Of a stretch of 64,000 nucleotides of DNA, positions 9,766 to 19,084 are shown in pieces; within the stretch, counting starts at the first letter, position 1; the number at the start of each line of letters is the position of its first letter. The stretch is from positions 13,048 to 77,047 of the forward strand of contig JBCBUK010000017.1 of NCBI GenBank assembly GCA_039818205.1, given 5' to 3'. A program made the translations under genes and the position numbers. This stretch comes from Verrucomicrobiota bacterium (GTDB lineage Bacteria > Verrucomicrobiota > Verrucomicrobiia > Opitutales > Cerasicoccaceae). The notes beneath the pieces were generated by a model. That model saw nothing but the letters and a program-made list of their open reading frames with translations. It ran no database searches and was not told where the DNA came from.

Positions 9766-10335
9766 ATGCGAGCGACCGTGAGTAATGCGCCGGGTCAGGA
9801 CGTTGCCAGCGGCCGAGTTGAAGCTGATTACCGCCGCCTGTTTATTGTGGCGGTAATCGTCCTGATTCTTGATCAGGTGTCGAAGCTATGGATTGTCCGG
9901 GCGGTGCCGCCTGGAGCTAATCCCGTTGACGGCGGTTTGATTGAAGTCGTTCCCGGCTTTTTCTATATCATCCATGTGTATAACACCGGAGCGGCCTGGG
10001 GCATGTTTGCCGGCTACTCGTATATCCTAGGGTTGTTGGGCTTCGTCGCCTTGGCTGGCATTTATTTCTTCCGAAAATATTTTGAGTTGCACCGCTCGTT
10101 TGTGCAACTCGCCTTTGGACTCTTGATCGGTGGTATCATTGGGAACATGATCGACCGCTTCGCTTACGGCCATGTGGTCGATTTCCTAGACTTTCATTTG
10201 GGATCATACCGCTACCCGGCCTTCAATGTTGCTGATAGCGGCATTACCGTTGGCGTGGGCCTTTACATCGTCTGGACGGTTATTGAAGGCTTCCGATCGA
10301 AAAAGGAAGAAGTGGAGAAGACGGAAGCAGAATAA
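9766..10335 (+). CDS. lspA: Lipoprotein signal peptidase II
   Basis: LDQVSK, NTGAAWG, GIIGNMIDR, GHVVDF, FNVADSGI. Confidence 0.97.
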   Translation: MRATVSNAPGQDVASGRVEADYRRLFIVAVIVLILDQVSKLWIVRAVPPGANPVDGGLIEVVPGFFYIIHVYNTGAAWGMFAGYSYILGLLGFVALAGIYFFRKYFELHRSFVQLAFGLLIGGIIGNMIDRFAYGHVVDFLDFHLGSYRYPAFNVADSGITVGVGLYIVWTVIEGFRSKKEEVEKTEAE

Positions 10336-10466
10336 GCTTCGGGCCTCCTCGTTTGGGATCGAACGGTTCCGATCTGTGTGATGGTGTCCAAAAAATTGCG
10401 CAATGATTTGATAAATTGTGCGGTAAGCCTTGACTAACCGGTAGTGCTTTTAGTGTTACTTATAGC

Positions 10467-13400
10467 ATGGATAAGCTACTTGCCGCTAATCGCAGCGAAA
10501 TCGCCGTCCGTATATTCCGCAGTGCGACCGAGTTAGGACTCCGCACAGTTGCAGTTTATGCAGATGAAGACCGTTTCGGAGTCCACCGCTTTAAAGCTGA
10601 CGAGTCTTATCTGGTTGGGGTTGGACGAGGGCCTGTAGCGGCCTACCTGGATATCGAAGGTATCGTCGCACTTGCTAAAGCGAAGGGCGTAAAATACATC
10701 CATCCAGGGTATGGTTTTCTATCGGAGAACGCCAATTTTGCCCGAGCCGTTGGCGATGCTGGGTTGACCTTTGTTGGCCCCCAGCCGGAGATGCTCGAGC
10801 GTATGGGCGACAAAGTCGAAGCCCGTAAAATTGCTGACGAGGCGGGTGTGCCCACCTTGCCGGGAACCAAGGATCCGATTAAGGATTCCAAGAAGGCGAT
10901 CGCCGCAGCGAAGAAGGTCGGGTTTCCACTGATTGTGAAAGCCGCCTTTGGTGGTGGTGGCCGCGGTATGCGGGTCGTAAAGAAAGAAGAAGACTTGATC
11001 CCCATGTTGCAGGAAGCGCAAAACGAAGCGCAGACGGCTTTCGGAAATCCGGCAGTATTTCTTGAGCGCTACGTGGGCCGTGCGAAACACCTTGAGGTTC
11101 AAATTTTAGGCGATAAGCATGGCAATGTGATGCACCTGCATGAGCGGGACTGCTCGGTTCAACGTCGCCACCAGAAAGTGGTGGAAGTCGCGCCATCAAT
11201 CGATCTTCCTGAAGACACGCGCAAAGAATTGTGCGCGGCAGCGGTAAAGATCGCGCAGACCGTAAAATATGAGAATGCTGGGACCGTTGAATTCCTTTAC
11301 GACCTTGATACCGATGAGTGGTTCTTCATTGAAATGAACCCGCGGATTCAAGTGGAGCACACGGTGACTGAAGTCATTACCGGTATCGACATCGTGCGCT
11401 CACAGGTTCTGATCGCTCAAGGTAAGAAATTGACCGATCCGGAGCTTGGACTGCCAGCCCAGGATGAGGTGCCTCGCAATGGTTACGCCATGCAGGCCCG
11501 GATTACCACCGAGGATCCGGAAAAGAATTTCGCTCCGGACTACGGTAAGATCGTAAACTATCGATCGGCCGCTGGTTTCGGTATTCGCTTGGACGGCGCG
11601 ATGGGCGACACCGGTTCAGTCATCACTCCGTTTTACGATTCGCTTTTGGTAAAGCTCACCGCATCGGCTTCGAATTTCGATGTCGCATGCCAACGGATGC
11701 GTCGCGCCTTGCAGGAGATGCGAATCCGTGGAGTGAAGACGAATATTCCGTTTATTGAGAACGTGATTAGCCACCCGGAATTCGTATCGGGAATGGCGAC
11801 CACGACCATGATTGACCGCTCTCCTGAGCTGTTTGAGTTTAAGGCGCGTCGTGACCGTGCGACCAAGTTGTTGAATCTGCTTGGCGATACCATCGTCAAT
11901 GGTAATGAGCAGGTCAAAGGACGCCCCGTCCCGAAGATGGACCTGCCGGTGATTCGACCAGAGTATGACGGCAAAGCTGACATCCCAAAAGGAACAAGGG
12001 ACTACCTGCTCAAACATGGTGCGAAGAAGTTTGCCGAGTGGACAATGAAGCAGAAGCGTCTGCTGATAACCGACACGACTTTCCGCGACGCCCACCAAAG
12101 CCTTTTGGCCGCCCGTGTGCGGACCTATGATATGCTTCAGGTCGCAGATGCGATGGCCCACCGGGCACCCGAATTATTCTCGATGGAAATGTGGGGTGGG
12201 GCGACCTTTGATACCTCGATGCGCTTCTTGAAGGAGGGGCCTTACAAACGCCTGCGCAAATTGCGTGAGCGCATTCCTAATATCTGTTTCCAGATGCTTT
12301 TCCGCGGATCAAATGCGGTTGGCTATTCGACATATCCAGACAATGTCATCAAGGGCTTCATCAAGCATTCTGCCGAGGCTGGCATGGATATTTTCCGAAT
12401 CTTTGATTCGCTGAATTACCTGCCGAACTTGAAGGTCGCGATGGAAACAGTTGCCTCTGACACTCATGCGGTCTGTGAGGGAACCTTGTGCTATACCGGG
12501 AACATCATGGACCCAAAGCGCGACAAGTATGACCTGAAATACTACGTCGATCTTGCCAAGGAACTCGAGAAGATGGGCGCGCACATGATCGCCATCAAGG
12601 ACATGTCGGGACTGTGTCATCCATTGGCCGCGGAGAAGCTGGTTAAGACCTTAAAGCAAGAAGTAGGCATTCCAATTCACTTCCACACGCATGATTCCAG
12701 CGGCATTGCAAGTGCCTCCGTTCTCAAAGCTGCGGAAGCTGGTGTCGACGTGGTCGACCTTGCGATTTCTTCGCTCTCTGGCCTGACGGCACAGCCTAAT
12801 TTGAATTCTATCGTTTACTCATTGGCGGGATCGTCGCGAGACACCAAGCTCGATCAAGGCTTCCTTGATGAGTTGTCCATTTACTGGGAAGCGGTGCGCC
12901 AATATTATGGACCCTTTGATACTTCGCCAAAGTTTGGCAGCGCGGAGGTCTATCAGCATGAGATGCCGGGAGGGCAATACACGAACCTGCGCGAGCAGGC
13001 TGCTTCGCTGGGGCTGGGTTCGCGTTGGCCCGAGGTGGTTCGCTACTATGAAGAGGTCAATCAGCTCTTTGGCGACATCGTCAAGGTAACGCCAAGTTCA
13101 AAGGTTGTCGGTGATATGGCGATGTTCCTCCTGACCCGCGGCATCGAGCCGTCTGATTTGGTTAACTTGGAACCCGGTAGCCAGCCATTCCCGGCATCGG
13201 TTATCGATATGCTTTCCGGCGGTTTGGGACAACCCAAGGGCGGTTGGCCTAAGAAGGTCCAGAAGGTGGTGCTAGGGGATCAAAAAGCCCGTAAGGGTCG
13301 CCCAGGTAGCTACGCCGAGAAAATTGACTTAGACAAGACCCTGAAAGCGGTCAAAAAGATCCGCGGGCCTGAGGCGGATACCGATGATCTTTACAGCTAC

Positions 13401-13907
13401 CTGATGTATCCCGAGGTCTACAAACAGCTGGTTGATTATTTACAGGAGTTTGGTCACGCTCGCGTATTACCAACGCCGGCATTCTTTTATGGATTGAAAA
13501 CGGGCCAAGAGATTTCGGTTGAGATCGAAGAAGGTAAAACGCTCTTTGTTAAGTTGATTTATGTGGGTGAGCCGAATGAAGAGGGCGTGCGCACCTTGAC
13601 CTTCGAACTTAATGGCCGCCCGCGTGAAACCGTCGTTCGCGATAAGTCAGTGGCATCCGAGGCGGCCAGTCGCCAGCAAGCCGATCCATCCGATACCAAA
13701 CAGATCGGTGCGCCGATTCCAGCAATGATTAGCAGTGTGTCCGCAACGGTGGGGCACAAGGTCAAGAAGGGAGACAAACTCGTCGTCCTTGAGGCAATGA
13801 AAATGCAAAGCACAATCTATGCACCGTGTGCCGGCGTTATCGATGAAGTGACCGTGAAATCGGGTGATCGTGTTGAGGCCAAAGACCTTTTGGTCCGATT
13901 ACGTTAA
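10467..13907 (+). CDS. pyc: Pyruvate carboxylase
   Basis: Biotin carboxylase (ANRSEIAVR, HPGYGFLSEN, ERDCSVQRRHQK), carboxyltransferase (DTTFRDAHQSL), biotin carrier (EAMKM); 1146 aa. Confidence 0.98.
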   Translation: MDKLLAANRSEIAVRIFRSATELGLRTVAVYADEDRFGVHRFKADESYLVGVGRGPVAAYLDIEGIVALAKAKGVKYIHPGYGFLSENANFARAVGDAGLTFVGPQPEMLERMGDKVEARKIADEAGVPTLPGTKDPIKDSKKAIAAAKKVGFPLIVKAAFGGGGRGMRVVKKEEDLIPMLQEAQNEAQTAFGNPAVFLERYVGRAKHLEVQILGDKHGNVMHLHERDCSVQRRHQKVVEVAPSIDLPEDTRKELCAAAVKIAQTVKYENAGTVEFLYDLDTDEWFFIEMNPRIQVEHTVTEVITGIDIVRSQVLIAQGKKLTDPELGLPAQDEVPRNGYAMQARITTEDPEKNFAPDYGKIVNYRSAAGFGIRLDGAMGDTGSVITPFYDSLLVKLTASASNFDVACQRMRRALQEMRIRGVKTNIPFIENVISHPEFVSGMATTTMIDRSPELFEFKARRDRATKLLNLLGDTIVNGNEQVKGRPVPKMDLPVIRPEYDGKADIPKGTRDYLLKHGAKKFAEWTMKQKRLLITDTTFRDAHQSLLAARVRTYDMLQVADAMAHRAPELFSMEMWGGATFDTSMRFLKEGPYKRLRKLRERIPNICFQMLFRGSNAVGYSTYPDNVIKGFIKHSAEAGMDIFRIFDSLNYLPNLKVAMETVASDTHAVCEGTLCYTGNIMDPKRDKYDLKYYVDLAKELEKMGAHMIAIKDMSGLCHPLAAEKLVKTLKQEVGIPIHFHTHDSSGIASASVLKAAEAGVDVVDLAISSLSGLTAQPNLNSIVYSLAGSSRDTKLDQGFLDELSIYWEAVRQYYGPFDTSPKFGSAEVYQHEMPGGQYTNLREQAASLGLGSRWPEVVRYYEEVNQLFGDIVKVTPSSKVVGDMAMFLLTRGIEPSDLVNLEPGSQPFPASVIDMLSGGLGQPKGGWPKKVQKVVLGDQKARKGRPGSYAEKIDLDKTLKAVKKIRGPEADTDDLYSYLMYPEVYKQLVDYLQEFGHARVLPTPAFFYGLKTGQEISVEIEEGKTLFVKLIYVGEPNEEGVRTLTFELNGRPRETVVRDKSVASEAASRQQADPSDTKQIGAPIPAMISSVSATVGHKVKKGDKLVVLEAMKMQSTIYAPCAGVIDEVTVKSGDRVEAKDLLVRLR

Positions 13908-13936
13908 TATCACGTTTCTCTAACTAGGTATTTACG

Positions 13937-13969
13937 AAAGCTGGTGGGTATAGACCCCACCAGCTTTTT
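13937..13969 (+). terminator. Rho-independent terminator after pyc
   Basis: aaagctggtggg-tatagac-cccaccagcttttt. Confidence 0.85.
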
Positions 13970-14034
13970 AGTATTTGTAAAATCAGTCCAAAGTCCACCG
14001 CTGGCGGTAGTGGTGGATTGTATTAGATTGGTAC

Positions 14035-14050
14035 ATGACGGCTTTGTCAT
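14035..14050. promoter_or_regulatory. CusR/HprR/CopR-type inverted repeat ATGAC-N6-GTCAT
   Basis: ATGACGGCTTTGTCAT lies ~85 nt upstream of the peroxidase ATG, with the same arms and spacer as the E. coli CusR box core ATGACAATTTTGTCAT; a CusR-like regulator is encoded 2 kb downstream. Confidence 0.65.
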
Positions 14051-14132
14051 ATAAACGAATACCACCTGTTCATGTTGTTGGTGATAAACCTATAGAATCT
14101 GAACCCTTGTGGTTACTCTAACGCAAAACACA

Positions 14133-15881
14133 ATGAACAAAAACTCTATCAAGATTATCCTGTTATCAGTGGGTGTTTCACTACTGGTAAGCAGCAATGC
14201 CTCTGCCCAAAGGCAGGGCGATCAGCGTGATCGCTCTTCACGTGATCGATCGGGCTCTTCGCGCGAGCAATCGCGACCATCTCAAGAGGGCAACCTCGGG
14301 ACGGCAGTTTTCCCGGAAGAATACCGATCAATTGACGGTACGGGAAACAACATCGAAGAACCGATCTGGGGAAGTGCTCAAGATGCATTCTTGCGTCTGT
14401 TCGATGAAGACTACGCCGATGGAATTGAGGCGCCAAGTGGAGGCGATCGACCCAGCCCACGTGCGATCAGCAACGCGGTGGTGGCCCAAGATGGCGACAC
14501 ACCAAACTCAGCCAATGCCACTGACTACCTTTGGCAGTGGGGCCAGTTTCTCGATCACGACATTACCGAGACCCCGATTGTCGATCCACTCGAACCGTTG
14601 AATATTGCGGTGCCAGCTGGCGATCCATGGTTTGATCCATTTAATACGGGCGCGGTAGAAATTGCGCTCAATCGATCGTTTTACGTTTATGACAACGATG
14701 GTGTGCGCCAGCAGGTGAATCAAATCACCGCCTTTATTGATGCATCGAATGTCTATGGTTCCGACCATGAACGCGCCGAAGATCTGCGCGCGAATGACGG
14801 CTCCGGTCGTCTTCGGGTGAGCGAGGGCGATTATCTGCCCTATAACATCAATGAGCTTGAAAATGCGCCTTCACATGATCCCAACTTCTATATCGCCGGT
14901 GATTTTAGGGCGAATGAGCAGGTTGGTTTGATTGCGATGCATACTTTGTTTGTCCGTGAGCACAACTACTGGGCAGACCGTTTCCGGAGCCAAAACCCTG
15001 ATGCCGATGGCGATACGATCTATGAGATGGCCCGTGCTGTGGTCGCAGCAGAAATGCAGGTTATAACCTATCGCGAATTCTTGCCGATCGTTATTGGTCG
15101 CAACGCTATTCCGCGCTATGAAGGATACGATCCAAGCGTGGATCCGGGGATAGCGAACGCATTCGCGACGGCCGCCTATCGTTTCGGGCATACGATGTTG
15201 TCCACCGAGCTCCTACGCATCGACGAGAATGGCAACACCATTGCGGAAGGAAATTTGTCCTTGGCTGATGCGTTCTTTAATCCCGACGAATTTGCCGTGG
15301 CAGGTATGGAGCCGATTCTGCGGGGCCTTGGGGCACAGGTCGCCCAAGAGATTGATCCGATGCTAATTGATGATGTGCGGAACTTCCTGTTTGGCCCTCC
15401 AGGAGCGGGCGGATTCGATTTGGCTTCGCTCAACGTTCAGCGTGGTCGCGATCACGGTTTGCCTAGTTACAACGACGCTCGTGAAGCCCTTGGGCTCGGT
15501 CGTGTCGCCGATTTCTCGGAAGTAAGCTCGGACCCGGTTACAGCAGCAAATCTCGCTTCGGTCTACGCAAGCGTCGACGACATCGACCTTTGGATCGGAG
15601 GGTTATCGGAAGACAAGGTTGACGGAGCGCTCGTCGGAGAAACCTGGCAGGCAATCTTAGCCGATCAGTTCCAGCGTCTACGCGATGGTGATCGCTTCTG
15701 GTACGAGGGATACTTGCCGCCAGCATGGGTGGATATGGTCGAAGATCAAACGCTGTCTCGCATTGTTCGTCGGAACACCGAGATTGGACCAGAGTTATCC
15801 GATAATGTATTCGTTATAGAGCCGGAGCGCGACCGTCGCGACCGCGACCGGAATCGTGACGGCCGCCGGGAGCGGCGCTAA
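14133..15881 (+). CDS. Secreted heme peroxidase, peroxidase-cyclooxygenase (animal-type) superfamily
   Basis: Signal peptide MNKNSIKIILLSVGVSLLVSSNASA; YRSIDGTGNN, WGQFLDHD, TAFIDASNVYGS, GDFRANEQ, FGHT, LASLNVQRGRDHG, DQFQRLRDGDRFWYE. The ORF track starts at GTG 14109; ATG 14133 is preferred. Confidence 0.93.
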   Translation: MNKNSIKIILLSVGVSLLVSSNASAQRQGDQRDRSSRDRSGSSREQSRPSQEGNLGTAVFPEEYRSIDGTGNNIEEPIWGSAQDAFLRLFDEDYADGIEAPSGGDRPSPRAISNAVVAQDGDTPNSANATDYLWQWGQFLDHDITETPIVDPLEPLNIAVPAGDPWFDPFNTGAVEIALNRSFYVYDNDGVRQQVNQITAFIDASNVYGSDHERAEDLRANDGSGRLRVSEGDYLPYNINELENAPSHDPNFYIAGDFRANEQVGLIAMHTLFVREHNYWADRFRSQNPDADGDTIYEMARAVVAAEMQVITYREFLPIVIGRNAIPRYEGYDPSVDPGIANAFATAAYRFGHTMLSTELLRIDENGNTIAEGNLSLADAFFNPDEFAVAGMEPILRGLGAQVAQEIDPMLIDDVRNFLFGPPGAGGFDLASLNVQRGRDHGLPSYNDAREALGLGRVADFSEVSSDPVTAANLASVYASVDDIDLWIGGLSEDKVDGALVGETWQAILADQFQRLRDGDRFWYEGYLPPAWVDMVEDQTLSRIVRRNTEIGPELSDNVFVIEPERDRRDRDRNRDGRRERR

Positions 15882-15908
15882 CTTTTGGTATACAGGATAT
15901 TGCGAGAG

Positions 15909-15936
15909 CGCCCGGCAATGCCCGGGCGTTTTTTTT
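15909..15936 (+). terminator. Rho-independent terminator after the peroxidase
   Basis: cgcccgg-caatgc-ccgggcg + tttttttt. Confidence 0.85.
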
Positions 15937-15980
15937 GCAACTTTTTGGTCCCACGTTGGTTAGAACCTTTGTTATTTATC

Positions 15981-16649
15981 ATGAAAGTACTAGCCGTTGA
16001 AGATGAAAGAAAAATTGCCAACTTCATCCGCCAGGGATTGGTTGCTGAAGGGCATAACGTCGAGGTCGCCCATACTGGAAAGGAAGGCCTCTCTCGGGCA
16101 AAGGAGCAGCAATTTGATGCTGTTGTATTGGATATCATGTTGCCGGAGATGGACGGGTTGGAAGTCTTGCGCCAGATGCGCAAAGACGGCCTGAACATGC
16201 CGGTAATATTAGTTACCGCACGCGGCCAAGTCGATGATCGGGTAGATGGGCTCCGGCTGGGAGCAGACGATTATCTCGTGAAACCCTTTTACGTTGAGGA
16301 GTTGGCGGCGCGTCTCTTGGCAGTATGTCGCCGAACCGCGGGTGAGCACCTCAACCTTAGGCAGCATGGCGAATTGACACTCAATCTGGCCACGCGTGAA
16401 GTGCGTTGGCGGGACCAGCAGATCGAGCTGACTTCACGTGAGTTCAATATGCTTGAATATTTTATGCGCTCACCGGGTCGGGTCTATACGCGACCACAGA
16501 TATTGGAGCATGTCTGGCAATACCACTTTGACCCCGGGACGAATCTCGTCGACGTCTACATCAAACGTTTGCGTCGCAAGCTGACGGATGAGGGGGCTCC
16601 GGCGAGCATAGAAACCGTTCGTGGCGTTGGTTATCGTATTGCTGCATGA
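15981..16649 (+). CDS. OmpR-family response regulator, CusR/CzcR-like
   Basis: MKVLAVEDE, LDIMLPEMDG, GADDYLVKPF, TNLVDVYIKRLRRKL, IETVRGVGY; start placed at ATG 15981. Confidence 0.93.
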   Translation: MKVLAVEDERKIANFIRQGLVAEGHNVEVAHTGKEGLSRAKEQQFDAVVLDIMLPEMDGLEVLRQMRKDGLNMPVILVTARGQVDDRVDGLRLGADDYLVKPFYVEELAARLLAVCRRTAGEHLNLRQHGELTLNLATREVRWRDQQIELTSREFNMLEYFMRSPGRVYTRPQILEHVWQYHFDPGTNLVDVYIKRLRRKLTDEGAPASIETVRGVGYRIAA

Positions 16650-16686
16650 GCCGAGCAACTTATCCCGTTAACTCGGAGCAGTGGCA

Positions 16687-18138
16687 ATGATGCGTTGGTT
16701 CGGTTCATTTCGTGCTCGAGTGGCGATCTTTAGCGCGCTGCTGATTTGCCTTATCGTATTTGGCCTGGCGATGTCATTGCGACTCGTGATGCGGGACTTG
16801 TTAGTGACCAGTCTCGACCAACACATCCGCGCGCAAGCGGATCACTATTCAGATGTTCGTCATTTCTTGAGCATCGATCCTTACCAATTGTCGAGCGATC
16901 CCTTGCCGTCGGTTCCATCCGCCGAGATCCCGGTAACATTCCTTGCCTACGATTCCGATGGCGTCTTGCTGTTAAATCGTCGAGTCCCGGCCCATTTATC
17001 ATCCAGTTTGATTTGGGAAGACATCGATCGTGAGCTCGGAACACGGGCCTTCGATGCCTATCGGTGCATTGACTTTGATAGCCCGAAGGGTAGCTGGCGC
17101 TTTGTGATTAGTCGGGATGGCGAAACAACCTTTGTCTGGGGGCGCCCGCAGCGAACGGTGGAGCTTGCTATGGGCAAGCTGGATCGTGCCTTTTGGTTCC
17201 TGCTTCCACTAGCGCTTATAACGGCAGCTTGGGGTGGGTGGGAGATCGGTCGTCGGACGCTGCGCCCAGTCTCGAACTTGGCTAAGCAGATGCGTGAGAT
17301 CGATGCCGCTGGTCTTGATAAACGTCTCGATGAGTCGGGGGCTGCGATGGAGATTCGAGAGCTTATCCGAAACCACAATCGCATGCTCGACCGCTTGGAA
17401 CGTCAGTTCCACCAGGCGTCACGGTTTAGTGGCGATGCGGCACATGAGCTCAACACGCCATTGACCGTCATGCAAAGTGAGGTCGAAGCCCGCTTACGCT
17501 CCGAGGATGCTTCGCCCTCCGACCTGCGCTTGTGCGAAAGTATTTTGACCGAGATTATGCGCCTGAAATCGATGGCGCAAAAGCTATTACTCCTGGCCCA
17601 GAGCGACACTGGTAATCTTTCGACGTCATTGGTTCGATTCGATTTCGCAACACTCGTTGAAGACCTCTGGGAAGATATTCCCTTGATTAAGCCGGACCTG
17701 ATCTGTGAATCCGATTTGATCTGGGATGTCTACATTGATGCGGATCCCGATTTGCTTCGACTCCTTGTTCAGAATCTTCTGACGAATGCGATTCGATACT
17801 GTCGACCAGATGGCTCCGTTAAAGTCGTGCTGAGGGTTATCGCTGGCTACGCGGAGCTTACGGTTTCCAATACTGCCGATCCAATCCCTGAACCGCAATC
17901 AGTCTACCTTTTTGATCGTTTCTATCGGACGGAAGAGGCGCGTGCGAATGCCGACGGTAGTGGGTTGGGGCTCAGTCTCGCCCAAGAAATTGCAGTTGCC
18001 CATCAAGGTGATCTGACGCTTTGCCGAAATGATTCCGGAGTGGTGGCGTTTCGGTATCGTCATCCCGTGGTGCCAAAGCCTAGATACAACGAACGACGAT
18101 CGCTTTCGCTTCCGGAGGTGGGATGTTCCAACCACTGA
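16687..18138 (+). CDS. Sensor histidine kinase (two TM helices, HAMP, HisKA, HATPase), heavy-metal-sensor-like
   Basis: AAHELNTPL H-box, NLLTNAIRY, LFDRFYR, GSGLGLS; directly after the regulator. Confidence 0.92.
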   Translation: MMRWFGSFRARVAIFSALLICLIVFGLAMSLRLVMRDLLVTSLDQHIRAQADHYSDVRHFLSIDPYQLSSDPLPSVPSAEIPVTFLAYDSDGVLLLNRRVPAHLSSSLIWEDIDRELGTRAFDAYRCIDFDSPKGSWRFVISRDGETTFVWGRPQRTVELAMGKLDRAFWFLLPLALITAAWGGWEIGRRTLRPVSNLAKQMREIDAAGLDKRLDESGAAMEIRELIRNHNRMLDRLERQFHQASRFSGDAAHELNTPLTVMQSEVEARLRSEDASPSDLRLCESILTEIMRLKSMAQKLLLLAQSDTGNLSTSLVRFDFATLVEDLWEDIPLIKPDLICESDLIWDVYIDADPDLLRLLVQNLLTNAIRYCRPDGSVKVVLRVIAGYAELTVSNTADPIPEPQSVYLFDRFYRTEEARANADGSGLGLSLAQEIAVAHQGDLTLCRNDSGVVAFRYRHPVVPKPRYNERRSLSLPEVGCSNH

Positions 18139-18188
18139 TGGTTGAAAGTACAGCTTGCCTTGCTCGTGGTTGACTCCACGATTGCGCT

Positions 18189-19076
18189 ATGCCGTTACTC
18201 AATATCTCTCCCAAAGAAACTACCATCGGTTTTGTTGGCACTGGCGTCATGGGCCGAAGTATGGCGGGACATTTGCAGGCCGCCGGCTATCGCATCGCGG
18301 TCTATACGCGAACGCCTGCCAAAGCGCAAAGCCTGCTCGACGCGGGTGCCGTATGGAAGGAATCCATTGCGGATCTCGCTCGGGATACCCAGGTGATCAT
18401 TACGATGGTTGGCTATCCGGTAGACGTTGAGGAAATATATCTGGGCGAGGGTGGAATGCTCGCAGCTGCGGCACCGGGAACGGTTTTCGTGGATATGACG
18501 TCTTCGCGTCCTGACCTTGCACAACGAATTGAGTCAGAGGCAAAAGCACAGGGCTTACATGCGTTGGATGCTCCAGTATCGGGCGGTGATATCGGTGCGC
18601 GGGATGCAACGCTATCGATTATGGTTGGTGGCGAAGAAGCTATTTTTAATCAGCTTCGTCCGTTATTGGAAATGATGGGCAAGAACGTTGTCTATCAAGG
18701 TGGGGCCGGCAGTGGCCAGCACACGAAGATCTGCAACCAGATTGCGGGTGCTGCTAGCGTGATCGGGGTTTGTGAGTCGATGGCCTATGCGAAAAAGTCA
18801 GGACTGGACCCCGAGACCGTATTGCAGTCGATTTCCTCGGGCGCTGCAGGCAGTTGGAGCCTAACAAACTTGGCTCCGCGGGTCTTGCAAGATGACTTTG
18901 CGGCGGGTTTCTATATGAAACACTTCGTCAAGGATCTGAAGATTGCGGTAGAGAGTGCCGAAGCAATTGGCCTGAATATTCCGGGGACTAAACTTGCCAA
19001 AGAGCTCTACGAAAAGTTAGAGGCCGACGGTTACGGCGATCTAGGAACTCAGGCGCTCTTCAAATACTATCATTGA
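18189..19076 (+). CDS. NAD(P)-dependent beta-hydroxyacid dehydrogenase (2-hydroxy-3-oxopropionate reductase / 3-hydroxyisobutyrate dehydrogenase family)
   Basis: IGFVGTGVMG, DAPVSGGDIGA, GSGQHTKICNQI, MKHFVKDL. Confidence 0.92.
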   Translation: MPLLNISPKETTIGFVGTGVMGRSMAGHLQAAGYRIAVYTRTPAKAQSLLDAGAVWKESIADLARDTQVIITMVGYPVDVEEIYLGEGGMLAAAAPGTVFVDMTSSRPDLAQRIESEAKAQGLHALDAPVSGGDIGARDATLSIMVGGEEAIFNQLRPLLEMMGKNVVYQGGAGSGQHTKICNQIAGAASVIGVCESMAYAKKSGLDPETVLQSISSGAAGSWSLTNLAPRVLQDDFAAGFYMKHFVKDLKIAVESAEAIGLNIPGTKLAKELYEKLEADGYGDLGTQALFKYYH

Positions 19077-19084
19077 AGCTGGAC

